DNA from: Entomortierella parvispora E1425
Lineage: Eukaryota > Fungi > Mortierellomycota
Reading direction: 5' to 3'
Assembly (NCBI GenBank): GCA_020891255.1
Contig: BQFW01000002.1
Location: 3,472,001 to 3,536,000 of the forward strand
Length of the DNA stretch: 64,000 bases
Part shown: piece after piece, positions 12,401 to 19,828 of the stretch
How the letters are laid out: every line of letters starts with the position of its first letter
Numbering within the stretch: the first letter of the stretch is position 1
Notes under the pieces: generated by a model
Database searches by the model: none
The model's input: the letters and a program-made list of their open reading frames with translations, nothing else
Told to the model about the DNA's origin: nothing
Program-made: the position numbers and the translations under genes

Positions 12401-15400
12401 CCTTTTGGGCTCCGTGGTCCTCTTGGTATCTCATCGTCCTGCTCCTCTCCCGACGACTCTTGATCCGTGAACGCCATATCCATCTCCCAGATCACCTCTT
12501 CTACAACCTCTGCGCCGTTGCCGTCGCTGGGGCTGTGGTCCGCACTCTGTTCTAATGAATACAATTGGGTAAGTGTGTCTTTGGTTTTGTCTGGCTTTGG
12601 TCGTTGTTCTTCATCTTTCCGCTTGAACGAATGAGTCACTGCCGTAGCAGCTGTTGTAGACACTGCCTTTTGAAGTTCGTTTTTGTTTATACTCACTCGC
12701 TCAAGATCACCTGTAGTTGTTGTGGTGGCCTCCTCTGCCCGGAGCAGAGCACGACGCAGGATGCGTGGATCAATCAACGGCTCTGAATCGGTATCGGACG
12801 ACTCGTACACGCTGGATGTCGCGGACAGAGTTGTGGCGGGTGCGTTGTCCTCGTTCGTTTCGGCAGAATCAGAGTCGCTGGCATCAGGAGGTGTGCAGAG
12901 ATGGACAGTGAGAGCAGCGTACCATGCACGCATCCCGCCAGACAGGCGGTGTCGGTCCTTGAGATCGCGCCAAGATGCAAGGTGGGATCCATCCTCAGTA
13001 ACAACGTCGTGCAGGAATACAATGCCGTCGCGGAAGAGTTGTGGGCCGATTTTGAAGTATGCTTGGGCAGGGATAAGTGTCGACAGCAGTGTAGATGGCG
13101 GGTACTGCGGGAGTTGGACAGGAGCGATTGTAATGGCCCGGTCAACCAAGAGCCCACAAACCTTGGCGAGAAAATGGTGCTTCTTGACCAGACATGAGCG
13201 GTCCGGGGCTTCGAGCGGGTGTTGTACAATAGCAGCAGCAGCTTGCAGAGATGAGAAACGAGCAGCCATGACTCTGCCCACCAGACCCTTGTCTTGTATG
13301 CGAAGGAGGACTGTCGAAATTTGCTCCTCAGCCTGCACGTCACCAAAGTGGCGGAGGCCATACAATCGACGGTGGAAGAGGATACTATTGGGCGTGCCAG
13401 CCGGAAGACCCACTTTGTGCCGAATCATAGTCGTATACCGCGAAACTATCGAGGTAACTTCAGAAGGTGAGAGGATTGTGACTGAAAGACGATACAAGAT
13501 CCGTGGAATTAACACATTATTAACCAAGTAAATGGCCTGTTTGTCTGTGACAGCGCGGCGCGAGAGGACGGCACACAAGGATGAAACTTCCTCCATGACC
13601 ATTCGCTTAGTCGGCTTCGGGATCCCGTCTTCAGTGAACCACACCCCAAGGGAGCGGACGGCTGTGGTGGAGTTGTGGGCTTGTACAGTTGCGTCGCCAA
13701 TGGTGATACTGCGGTCGTCTGTGGAGGCGTTGATGACAATGAGTTCAGTCTTTTTGGGATTAATCTCGATGGCGTTCAAGGTGAAGAATTCTACCGCCAC
13801 ATCCACTGTTTGTTGCATGTTGGCCTGGGATGGGGCGTAAAAGTTGGTGTCGTCCACGAAGGCGCCTGCTGACACCTGAACTGCAGTGTCCGAGGGATCC
13901 TCCAAAAGCCTGGGAAGCCGACGCTGGTCTACCAACGAATTGTGTCGCGTTATCACATAACCGAGTCCCGCCTCCATCACTGCATCTAAAAGGACGTCGT
14001 AGCAAATAAGCCAGAGGATAGGACATTCAACACCACCCTGATCAAGGCCGCAGCGAGGGTGATATGGTGCCGTCATTCCAAAGGCCGTAATAACTTGGTT
14101 GGTTTTCTCGGTTGCAATGGTCGTGCAGAGCTGGATGAACATTGGATGGATCCGAAGACGTCTCAGGCTACGTTCAAGGGTCTGGCCCGGTCCGCAGGTT
14201 ACAGAGTCAAAACAGCGGCGGATGTCCTGGAAGAGTATCCATGCTTCCTTATTGTGCTCCCGAGCATCTTCCATCACCGCATTGAGGATGTGAATTGGAT
14301 CCTTAGTGGTAGTGCCCGGAAGCACTGAGAAATTCGCGCCACGCAGGACCCTATGTGTAGTTAGAACGACGACCATGCGGTCAACCAGAATGGAGAACAG
14401 GATTTTGCGCCCATGTTCCAGTAATGTCAAGGGACGGACGTCTGTCAAGCGACCTGTCCAGCAAGGCCCTTTGGGGATGCAGTACAGAAGGCCTTTCATC
14501 CAAGATGCCGGAAGAGAGGCTTGGGCGCAGCAAGCACGGAATATTAGGTGCAAGAGCAGACTTGCAAAAGGACCTAAATGACGGAGCAGGTCCCCGGTGA
14601 TGCCTGACAGTCCTGGCGCTCTGTTCAACGGTGCTGAAGTGACCGCAGCAGTCATCTCTTCTATTGATGGGGGGTCCATGAGGTTGGCGAACCAATGCGG
14701 ATCAATGTCGTCGCGAGGTGCATAGAAGTCGATCCACTTTCCCTCAAGGCTACCAACCATCCGCGGTGCATGCCACTCGTCACAAAAGTAGGAACGAACT
14801 GTTGCTAGTAAGGTATCAGGATCATCAATCACAGTGGCATGTCCATTCGCGTCGTTGACAATGACATGATCAAGGTGCACACGGGAGGTTTGCACTTCAA
14901 GAATGCTTCGAATGGTGGCCTTGGTGTCTGTTGCAAATCGCAGATTGCGTTGATCGATAGCCGCCTGGATGGAGGCGAAACGGTGCTGGGACACATGCAG
15001 TTGATGTTGGGCACGACTCTTGGTCCAAGCGTGTCGGGCAACGGTGGACCACTCCTGCCATTGAGCTGTCTCTGCATCTAGGGGGGGAAGAGGAGGTAAA
15101 TCAAGGTCCGCCTTGTTTTTGGATGTCCACTGCCCTAGCGTGGCGTGGATATTCGCAATTGCACTTGCTGAAGGGGGGGCTGCCGACAAGAAACCCTTCT
15201 TAACGAGATTAATCGCCCTGCCAATGTCTGCTGTGCGGGCACGGAGTCGTGCGGCGCCACGGGGTGGTAGTGGTCCTCCACCGACTCGCTTGCAGGGGAG
15301 GGTGTGTCTGGCCACAGAGAGAATGTTGGTTTCGAGTATCGAGCACAGGGCCGTGAGCTGAACTGTTGTAAGATCCAGAGCATTGATGGCCGCGATGTCC

Positions 15401-16449
15401 GGTCCGTTCGGAAGCATGGGAATGCCGATTTCTTGGAGGTTGCCATACTCGCAGAGGATGTAGTCAAGGCGCGTGGTGAAAGCTTCAAGTTGTTCACCCG
15501 TGGCGTCAGCTACAATGGCCTTCTTACCACGAGAGGGGCGTTTGCAAGTGCCCGTATCTGCCGACGGCGCTATTAGTGATTGGATAGCAAAGGTGGTGGT
15601 GACGAAGGAATGATCGGAGGAGATGGGGTGTTCAAGAGTGAAGGATGATGCGGTAAGTGTATAGGAAGCAAGTGTGGGGGAGGACCATATCATGTCAATA
15701 CGGCTCTGGTTGTTCCATGTAAATTGTGGGTTGCTTGGGTGTAACAAACGGTATGTGTCCATGAAGGAGTTGTTATCGAGCCATGAGAAGAATGGCAACT
15801 CTGGTAGCGTGGATGTGTGCTGGTCCGCTGCGCGGTCAATGGAGGGGTTGACGACTCCGTTGAAATCCCCCAAGAGGATGACATGGCACCCTGCCATAGT
15901 GAAGTTGTCGATTTGCGTTTGGAGCCAATCGACCGTGGGGGCATATGTGTCGTAATGGGCGCTGCCAGTGCCAGGAAGGTAGCAATTGATAATAGCAAAA
16001 TGTGCTGCTGACTTGAAGCCAAAACGAGCCGCAATTGCGCGGCCGTGTTCGTCAGTAACAGTGTCTAACAGGTATGTGTACCAATGGTCGTGAATGAAAA
16101 GGCCTACCCCACTGCCTCTCGGTTTTGTGGGCGAACAGCTCCACAGAGCACGAAATGGTAGTGAGTAGGTGTCGCGAAAAAATAAAGAGTTGGTTCTGTT
16201 CGAAGGGGCGTTTGTCTCCTGGACGCCAAAAATACCAATGTCATGAAGAGCAGCCAGCTCACACAGCGAATTAAAAAAACCTGAGGATAGACCGCCTTGG
16301 ACATTGATGGAGCCGAGGGTAAGAGTGTTGCGTGGGAGTAAAAGGGTAGGTGGGTTGAGAATATCAGTGGTGTAGTGTGGCAATGGGGAAGGTGCAGTAG
16401 AGGGTGAGGCCGAGGGTGAGGCCGAGGGTGATGTGGGTGCGCTAGACAT
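9478..16449 (-). CDS. LINE ORF2: AP endonuclease, reverse transcriptase, long insertion, RNase H, C-terminal Cys/His motifs (2323 aa)
   Basis: APE motifs GSINVQG, GVQET, LLGDFN, SRIDMI, SDH. RT motifs RAPG, RPLTLL, QDIRRCFDSV, GLDQG, AFVDD (13849-13860). RNase H motifs YSDGS, KAEL, RLDN, WVRGHSG, NDMAD. Zinc-finger-like CCLCRAAPEDNDHVWTC. No stops or frameshifts. Confidence 0.96.
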   Translation of the reverse strand: MSSAPTSPSASPSASPSTAPSPLPHYTTDILNPPTLLLPRNTLTLGSINVQGGLSSGFFNSLCELAALHDIGIFGVQETNAPSNRTNSLFFRDTYSLPFRALWSCSPTKPRGSGVGLFIHDHWYTYLLDTVTDEHGRAIAARFGFKSAAHFAIINCYLPGTGSAHYDTYAPTVDWLQTQIDNFTMAGCHVILLGDFNGVVNPSIDRAADQHTSTLPELPFFSWLDNNSFMDTYRLLHPSNPQFTWNNQSRIDMIWSSPTLASYTLTASSFTLEHPISSDHSFVTTTFAIQSLIAPSADTGTCKRPSRGKKAIVADATGEQLEAFTTRLDYILCEYGNLQEIGIPMLPNGPDIAAINALDLTTVQLTALCSILETNILSVARHTLPCKRVGGGPLPPRGAARLRARTADIGRAINLVKKGFLSAAPPSASAIANIHATLGQWTSKNKADLDLPPLPPLDAETAQWQEWSTVARHAWTKSRAQHQLHVSQHRFASIQAAIDQRNLRFATDTKATIRSILEVQTSRVHLDHVIVNDANGHATVIDDPDTLLATVRSYFCDEWHAPRMVGSLEGKWIDFYAPRDDIDPHWFANLMDPPSIEEMTAAVTSAPLNRAPGLSGITGDLLRHLGPFASLLLHLIFRACCAQASLPASWMKGLLYCIPKGPCWTGRLTDVRPLTLLEHGRKILFSILVDRMVVVLTTHRVLRGANFSVLPGTTTKDPIHILNAVMEDAREHNKEAWILFQDIRRCFDSVTCGPGQTLERSLRRLRIHPMFIQLCTTIATEKTNQVITAFGMTAPYHPRCGLDQGGVECPILWLICYDVLLDAVMEAGLGYVITRHNSLVDQRRLPRLLEDPSDTAVQVSAGAFVDDTNFYAPSQANMQQTVDVAVEFFTLNAIEINPKKTELIVINASTDDRSITIGDATVQAHNSTTAVRSLGVWFTEDGIPKPTKRMVMEEVSSLCAVLSRRAVTDKQAIYLVNNVLIPRILYRLSVTILSPSEVTSIVSRYTTMIRHKVGLPAGTPNSILFHRRLYGLRHFGDVQAEEQISTVLLRIQDKGLVGRVMAARFSSLQAAAAIVQHPLEAPDRSCLVKKHHFLAKVCGLLVDRAITIAPVQLPQYPPSTLLSTLIPAQAYFKIGPQLFRDGIVFLHDVVTEDGSHLASWRDLKDRHRLSGGMRAWYAALTVHLCTPPDASDSDSAETNEDNAPATTLSATSSVYESSDTDSEPLIDPRILRRALLRAEEATTTTTGDLERVSINKNELQKAVSTTAATAVTHSFKRKDEEQRPKPDKTKDTLTQLYSLEQSADHSPSDGNGAEVVEEVIWEMDMAFTDQESSGEEQDDEIPRGPRSPKGKEAAREQVQEEEDWSEARVGTVVRNKSGECGQDANKTVQDKKKQQKEAKEPKQQQKGSRHPIRQKARHNPPTARSAHPHSQKDQTTKKEPKEKKGPYEPRSRSLPSSFLSSSSSSSSSSSSSSFAPSSSSPSSSLSSSSLSSGVSDPSFSPPSPLPVIVPSSPICSPSPSSPSLSAPLSSQSLSSQFSSISPYFVAAPTLRRLFPDTATTVGLTNVSRSVSASIDANNNFVVDTPPTTYLARLPPEADALLRAESRWLDDELTSRLNAADVGTIPARTKIIQELQSAVDKRRQELQVHAARYRRQLAKNPQRLAEAIKAAESIAKRGLRVLQARAQIQLGHIADRLAHKIQDAHDYADNKHQQHLEAAEERQLIRAEYISWAAEERDQDVITNRERIGRHQHPLTVTIDPSVVHTLHISPPTLPLPQQNHLVKVGPLWMPRTQAELLHQLRQSPITQDQRVLYSDGSMVRAGTEECAMAFGVADFSTDTSYSIPGRTDGQASSGKAELMGLIAAIVAMPPGQDILVRLDNEGVVTQYHDLVLDRHKTLPRKRQRATHACLWAVLATVVAEREGRTAVQWVRGHSGDKGNDMADAIATNAVEQDTTPWHADFSTQNDITFTASCHGQQLESDLRQFLKQQTTIRRHQQWTAQKRVKRSISDLTDVEWRSALSIIHDKRPVHTFFSSRGDTSRRTQHIKKLHGMLPTLTVMQARHPDMYADALCCLCRAAPEDNDHVWTCPNSYNQQQLIWADAVASIPKWGRAAIRKANEDADTRHRKQQARTPNVAAPKRLQWYQPSDTLLWASLYSAFHDLSAFRPPEQGQLKAPLASACSVITAYQGLLHSALIEAWRPIMKGPRSVVVAVAHQFIRRLDRDALARLWKTRCEVTIAWEKTQGIRPKMKKQAQTGQPWNNASGTILPPDTCQCGKPNTDHHQGLCPGAQDNPTLADQRLLACVRGQVHLSTLEKMGKIHFL

Positions 16450-18688
16450 TGGAGGAAGCAGGAGGGGTGCTGTCTGGGTAACCAGATGGGTTGCTGTCGG
16501 GCCAAGGGGTGGGGGTGCCTTCTGGATAGTTAGATGGGTTGCTGTTAGGCCATTCTGGGGTGGTTAAGAAGCCAGATGACTGTGAGGTCGACGTGTGCGT
16601 GATAACAGATGGGAAAACAAAGGATGGCGGGATGGCTGTCAGTGGGGAACCGAGATCCACACTGTCCTGTGAGGGGCGGGGAAGCTGGGTGCTCGGAACG
16701 AGGACCTGGCCTTGTCCTTGAGGTGGTGTAGATGAGTGAGTGGCAACGAAATGTGCGAGCTGTGCTCTGAGTGCCCGGCTCTCTGCTGTGACGGCCTCCA
16801 GTGCAGCAGCGTGGAGCTGTGCCTGTCGTTGGAAAGCAGTCTCCATTTCTGCCTTCGCCTGTTGCAGATCCTTTGCCGCCTGACGCTTGAAAGCACGCAA
16901 GTCGTTGAGTTCTTGTTGGGCTATGGCGCTGAGTTGTCTCTGAGTGTCCAGCTTGCCCGCCTGCTGTGATGCGGCGCCTAGCCTAAATTGCTGTGCTGTC
17001 ATGATTTGTTGGCGTTCTTCAGCGAGGGTGCGGTGGTTGGGAGCTTTGACAGCAACGCGTTTGCCATTGCGGTTACGAACTAGGGGGGTGTCAGTGTCTT
17101 CTACTTCCTCCTCAGCGGTGTTGGTGCCGTCCTCTTCAGCAAGAGACTCTTCCGTGTACCCTTCGGTGTCTCCCATGGCAATGTCCTCTTCAGCGGTGAC
17201 GCCCTGGGGAGTAGATGGGGCGACAGAAGTGGACGGGGCGTGGATGGGTTGTGCGATATCGGGGACAAGTGTGCTAATCAGTGCCACCAGGTTGGAGAGT
17301 TGATGTTCCAGGTTTTGGAAGTGGTGGGTAGTTGTAGCCTGTGCCGCCTGGAAACGTTCATTGACACTGTGGCTCATTGCATCCAGTGCCGTCTTCCAGG
17401 CAGGCACCTTCGCGTTTGTGGCGGACGATTGAGGGTTAGGTGCAGCGACACCGGAGGCAGCACGTGCTGTTGTTGGTTGTTGATGTGGGAGAGTGCCAGA
17501 TGCCCACACATTTCCCGCTGCAGTGGGTCTACGTGGGGTAGGGGCAGGAGTGGTAGCAGGGGAGGGGACTTTGGTGACAGGAGTGGGGGGCTTCCTTTTG
17601 TCTTGGAAGATACGTTGGTTGTTCAGCTTACGAGTTTCAGCCTTGGCTGCGAGGAGTTGTCGCTGGGGGCATCCATCTGCACGACGGTGCTCATGAGAGC
17701 CGCACTGAAAGCATGTTGCGGTGTCTGTCGAGACCCAGACAGTTACCTTTGGTTGTCCCGAGATGTCCTGTAAGACAAACTTTTGGTTGCAAAGCGATGA
17801 CTGTTGCTCACTGTCAGCAAAGAAAACATACGCCTCCTGAAGGCGACGGCCAAGACGGGGTTGAAAGGGCATAGTGATGCCATGGAAGTGACCATGGTCG
17901 TGGAGAAGGAGAGCAACATCATATGGTGTGTAGTGACGAGGGAGGTTGGCGAGTTTCATAGTGAGGTCTGGGTTAAATGGGACGTTTTGGGTACCAAGGC
18001 GGCGGACAATACCAGAGTCACTGCCGATGAGGACATATGACAGCTGCTCACGCTGCATGGCCTCGACCGACGCCTCCGACTCAAACAAAATAGTTGCCTT
18101 TCGCATGGTGTGTTTGCCATTGAGGTTGGAGGAGACTCGTTCAACCACTCCATAGCGAGTAAGGGCAGCAGCGATGTCATCGTGTTTAGTATCATATTTC
18201 AACGACCATACGTCAATTGATCGTTTCTCTTCAGCAACATGAAGAGCAGTGGTGAAGGGGCGGAAAGGAACAGGTTTGCCCTCTTCATCAGTGGTACCTG
18301 CCGCGTACAGTGCTTGACGTTGGGATTCCTCTCCCACCTCAAACACGAAAAATGGTTTGGTGGCCTCGCCCTCAATAGGGCGAACGTGTTGAATTGTAGG
18401 AATGCTGACTGGGACGGCCAGGCCTTTCATGCAGACGTAGAGAGACGCGAGACGGGATTTCATGTTTGGGCCTACAAACGCAGAAGCCTCAATCATAACG
18501 TTGGCTCGATGGCGACGAGGTTGAACAGTCACAAAATCCGCTTCAGGGCGAGCAGGCTCCTCGTTGCTGACTGTTTGTGTCTGGGGTGGAGTTGGAGTGG
18601 CGGGGATGTCGGCCGTGGTGTCCATAGCCGTATCCTGGGTGGCACGCCAATGGGTGCCAGGGGCGCGAGGGGTGGTAGTGGCTGACAT
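16442..18688 (-). CDS. LINE ORF1 (gag-like nucleic acid-binding protein, 748 aa)
   Basis: Two RRM-like segments (RSIDVWSLKYDTKHDDIAAALTRYGVV; MKLANLPRHYTP...EAYVFF), zinc knuckle CFQCGSHEHRRADGC (17669-17713) and a coiled coil. Directly upstream of ORF2 and overlapping it by 8 nt. Confidence 0.92.
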   Translation of the reverse strand: MSATTTPRAPGTHWRATQDTAMDTTADIPATPTPPQTQTVSNEEPARPEADFVTVQPRRHRANVMIEASAFVGPNMKSRLASLYVCMKGLAVPVSIPTIQHVRPIEGEATKPFFVFEVGEESQRQALYAAGTTDEEGKPVPFRPFTTALHVAEEKRSIDVWSLKYDTKHDDIAAALTRYGVVERVSSNLNGKHTMRKATILFESEASVEAMQREQLSYVLIGSDSGIVRRLGTQNVPFNPDLTMKLANLPRHYTPYDVALLLHDHGHFHGITMPFQPRLGRRLQEAYVFFADSEQQSSLCNQKFVLQDISGQPKVTVWVSTDTATCFQCGSHEHRRADGCPQRQLLAAKAETRKLNNQRIFQDKRKPPTPVTKVPSPATTPAPTPRRPTAAGNVWASGTLPHQQPTTARAASGVAAPNPQSSATNAKVPAWKTALDAMSHSVNERFQAAQATTTHHFQNLEHQLSNLVALISTLVPDIAQPIHAPSTSVAPSTPQGVTAEEDIAMGDTEGYTEESLAEEDGTNTAEEEVEDTDTPLVRNRNGKRVAVKAPNHRTLAEERQQIMTAQQFRLGAASQQAGKLDTQRQLSAIAQQELNDLRAFKRQAAKDLQQAKAEMETAFQRQAQLHAAALEAVTAESRALRAQLAHFVATHSSTPPQGQGQVLVPSTQLPRPSQDSVDLGSPLTAIPPSFVFPSVITHTSTSQSSGFLTTPEWPNSNPSNYPEGTPTPWPDSNPSGYPDSTPPASSNV

Positions 18689-19093
18689 ACTTGAGTATTG
18701 AATTGGGTTTTTTTTTTTTTTTTTTTGGTTTTCTGGGATATTTGGGGAATTTCAAGGTGTTACAAATATAAAAAGGGTAGTGGGCACAGAGAGGGAAGGA
18801 ACGAGGTAGGGGCACTAAAACGGAGGAGGGGGGAAGGGGAAGGCGAAAAGAAGAGGGGGATAGGGGCACGGCCCTCGCTCACTGGGAACCAGGAACCAGG
18901 AACGGGCTGGGTTCGAATGTGCGCTGCGAATTAACTTTCAAATGGCCGCGAAATGGCCAAGATGAGGCGAATGGCAGAGAAAAAAAGATTGAAATGAACG
19001 TGGACACTAGGGGAATCCGGCTAGCTAGGGCGACCAGTATGGCGACCCTCGTGCGTACCGTAAAACGTGTTTTTTTGTTTTTGTGCAAGCGCT

Positions 19094-19112
19094 CCCAGAG
19101 ACAGAAGACAGT
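19094..19112. repeat. Target-site duplication, right copy
   Basis: CCCAGAGACAGAAGACAGT, identical to 9272-9290. Flanks diverge immediately (A vs T on the left; T vs G on the right). Confidence 0.95.
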
Positions 19113-19199
19113 GACTCTACAGGGCCCAGTGCAGAAAGAGCGAGAAAATCTGGGACCTAGTCCACAAGTTGCCCCTTTTTTTGGGCGTGCTTCGTGAAG

Positions 19200-19273
19200 G
19201 ACTGTGTGTAGTGTAGTGGGAATTCAACCGCCTGTGAAGCTGCATGCCTGGGTTCGAATCCGGGCTCGGGTCT
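19200..19273 (+). pseudogene. tRNA-like element / degenerate tRNA (His-GTG-like loop) with intact Pol III A and B boxes
   Basis: A box TAGTGTAGTGG (19209-19219), perfect B box GGTTCGAATCC (19251-19261) at tRNA-like spacing, and a 7 nt loop CT-GTG-AA. The acceptor, D and anticodon stems contain several mismatches, and there is no T4+ terminator directly downstream. Confidence 0.6.
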
Positions 19274-19348
19274 AGACTTTACTCACCATTTGCTATATAC
19301 ATACGTCTCTCCCTGGTATATAGGATGGCCTCTCGGGAGAGCTGTGAA

Positions 19349-19391
19349 GTTGGTACACATGCCCGTTGGTACGTGATACCCGTTGGTACGT
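19349..19391. promoter_or_regulatory. Triple GTTGGTAC motif upstream of TFC4
   Basis: GTTGGTAC at 19349, 19365 and 19382; the last two lie within an exact 13 bp direct repeat CCCGTTGGTACGT. Function is inferred only from position. Confidence 0.35.
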
Positions 19392-19828
19392 CATAACTGC
19401 GAAAAGCGGCGGCGTAGCATGCTCATGAAGGGGGAGTCTAGTCACCTGGAAAGGGTGGCTAGATTTCTTGCTCCAGGATACAGCTTTCTTTTTCCTTTGC
19501 TTCTTGACAAAAAGAAAAAAGAGAAAGCCTCGATTGAAGATCTTCAAGGTGTGATCCAAATGTTTGGTGGCGTTTTTTTCTTTCTCTGTCTGGGCTCAAC
19601 TCTGCGCATTGTGTGCAAAAAGCTGCAGGTGCATGCAATGTTGAATGCTGTCAGGAATGAATAAAACGGCAGTATCCTTCGTCGCAAGTGGGATCATGAA
19701 AATTGAGCACGTGACCAACTTTTTTTTTTTCGCCCAACCTCGTCGTCGCGTGGATCCCTTTGCATGATTTCCTTCCATTTCTCCAGCCTCAAGCACTTCA
19801 TTCTTCAATTGACACACCCCACGCTCGC

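Larger units (their letters stand above)
9291..19093 (-). mobile_element. Full-length non-LTR retrotransposon (LINE; APE-RT-RNase H type), ~9.8 kb
   Basis: Bounded by a perfect TSD. Structure: poly(A) tail (T run 9290-9318), 159 nt 3' UTR with AATAAA, intact ORF2, intact ORF1, ~405 nt 5' UTR. Intronless, unlike the neighbouring host genes. Confidence 0.97.

Noticed and set aside
11783-12434. Alternative-frame ORFs inside the ORF2 insertion (poly-F, poly-L, poly-K)
   Set aside because: They are by-products of the (GAA/TTC)n microsatellite.
12683-13531. 282 aa plus-strand ORF antisense to LINE ORF2 (possible ORF0-like gene)
   Set aside because: Non-ATG start, no recognisable motifs, and composition expected for the shadow of a GC-rich coding strand.
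19200-19273. Functional tRNA-His(GTG) gene
   Set aside because: The acceptor, D and anticodon stems have multiple mismatches and there is no adjacent poly-T terminator. Kept only as a tRNA-like or pseudo element.
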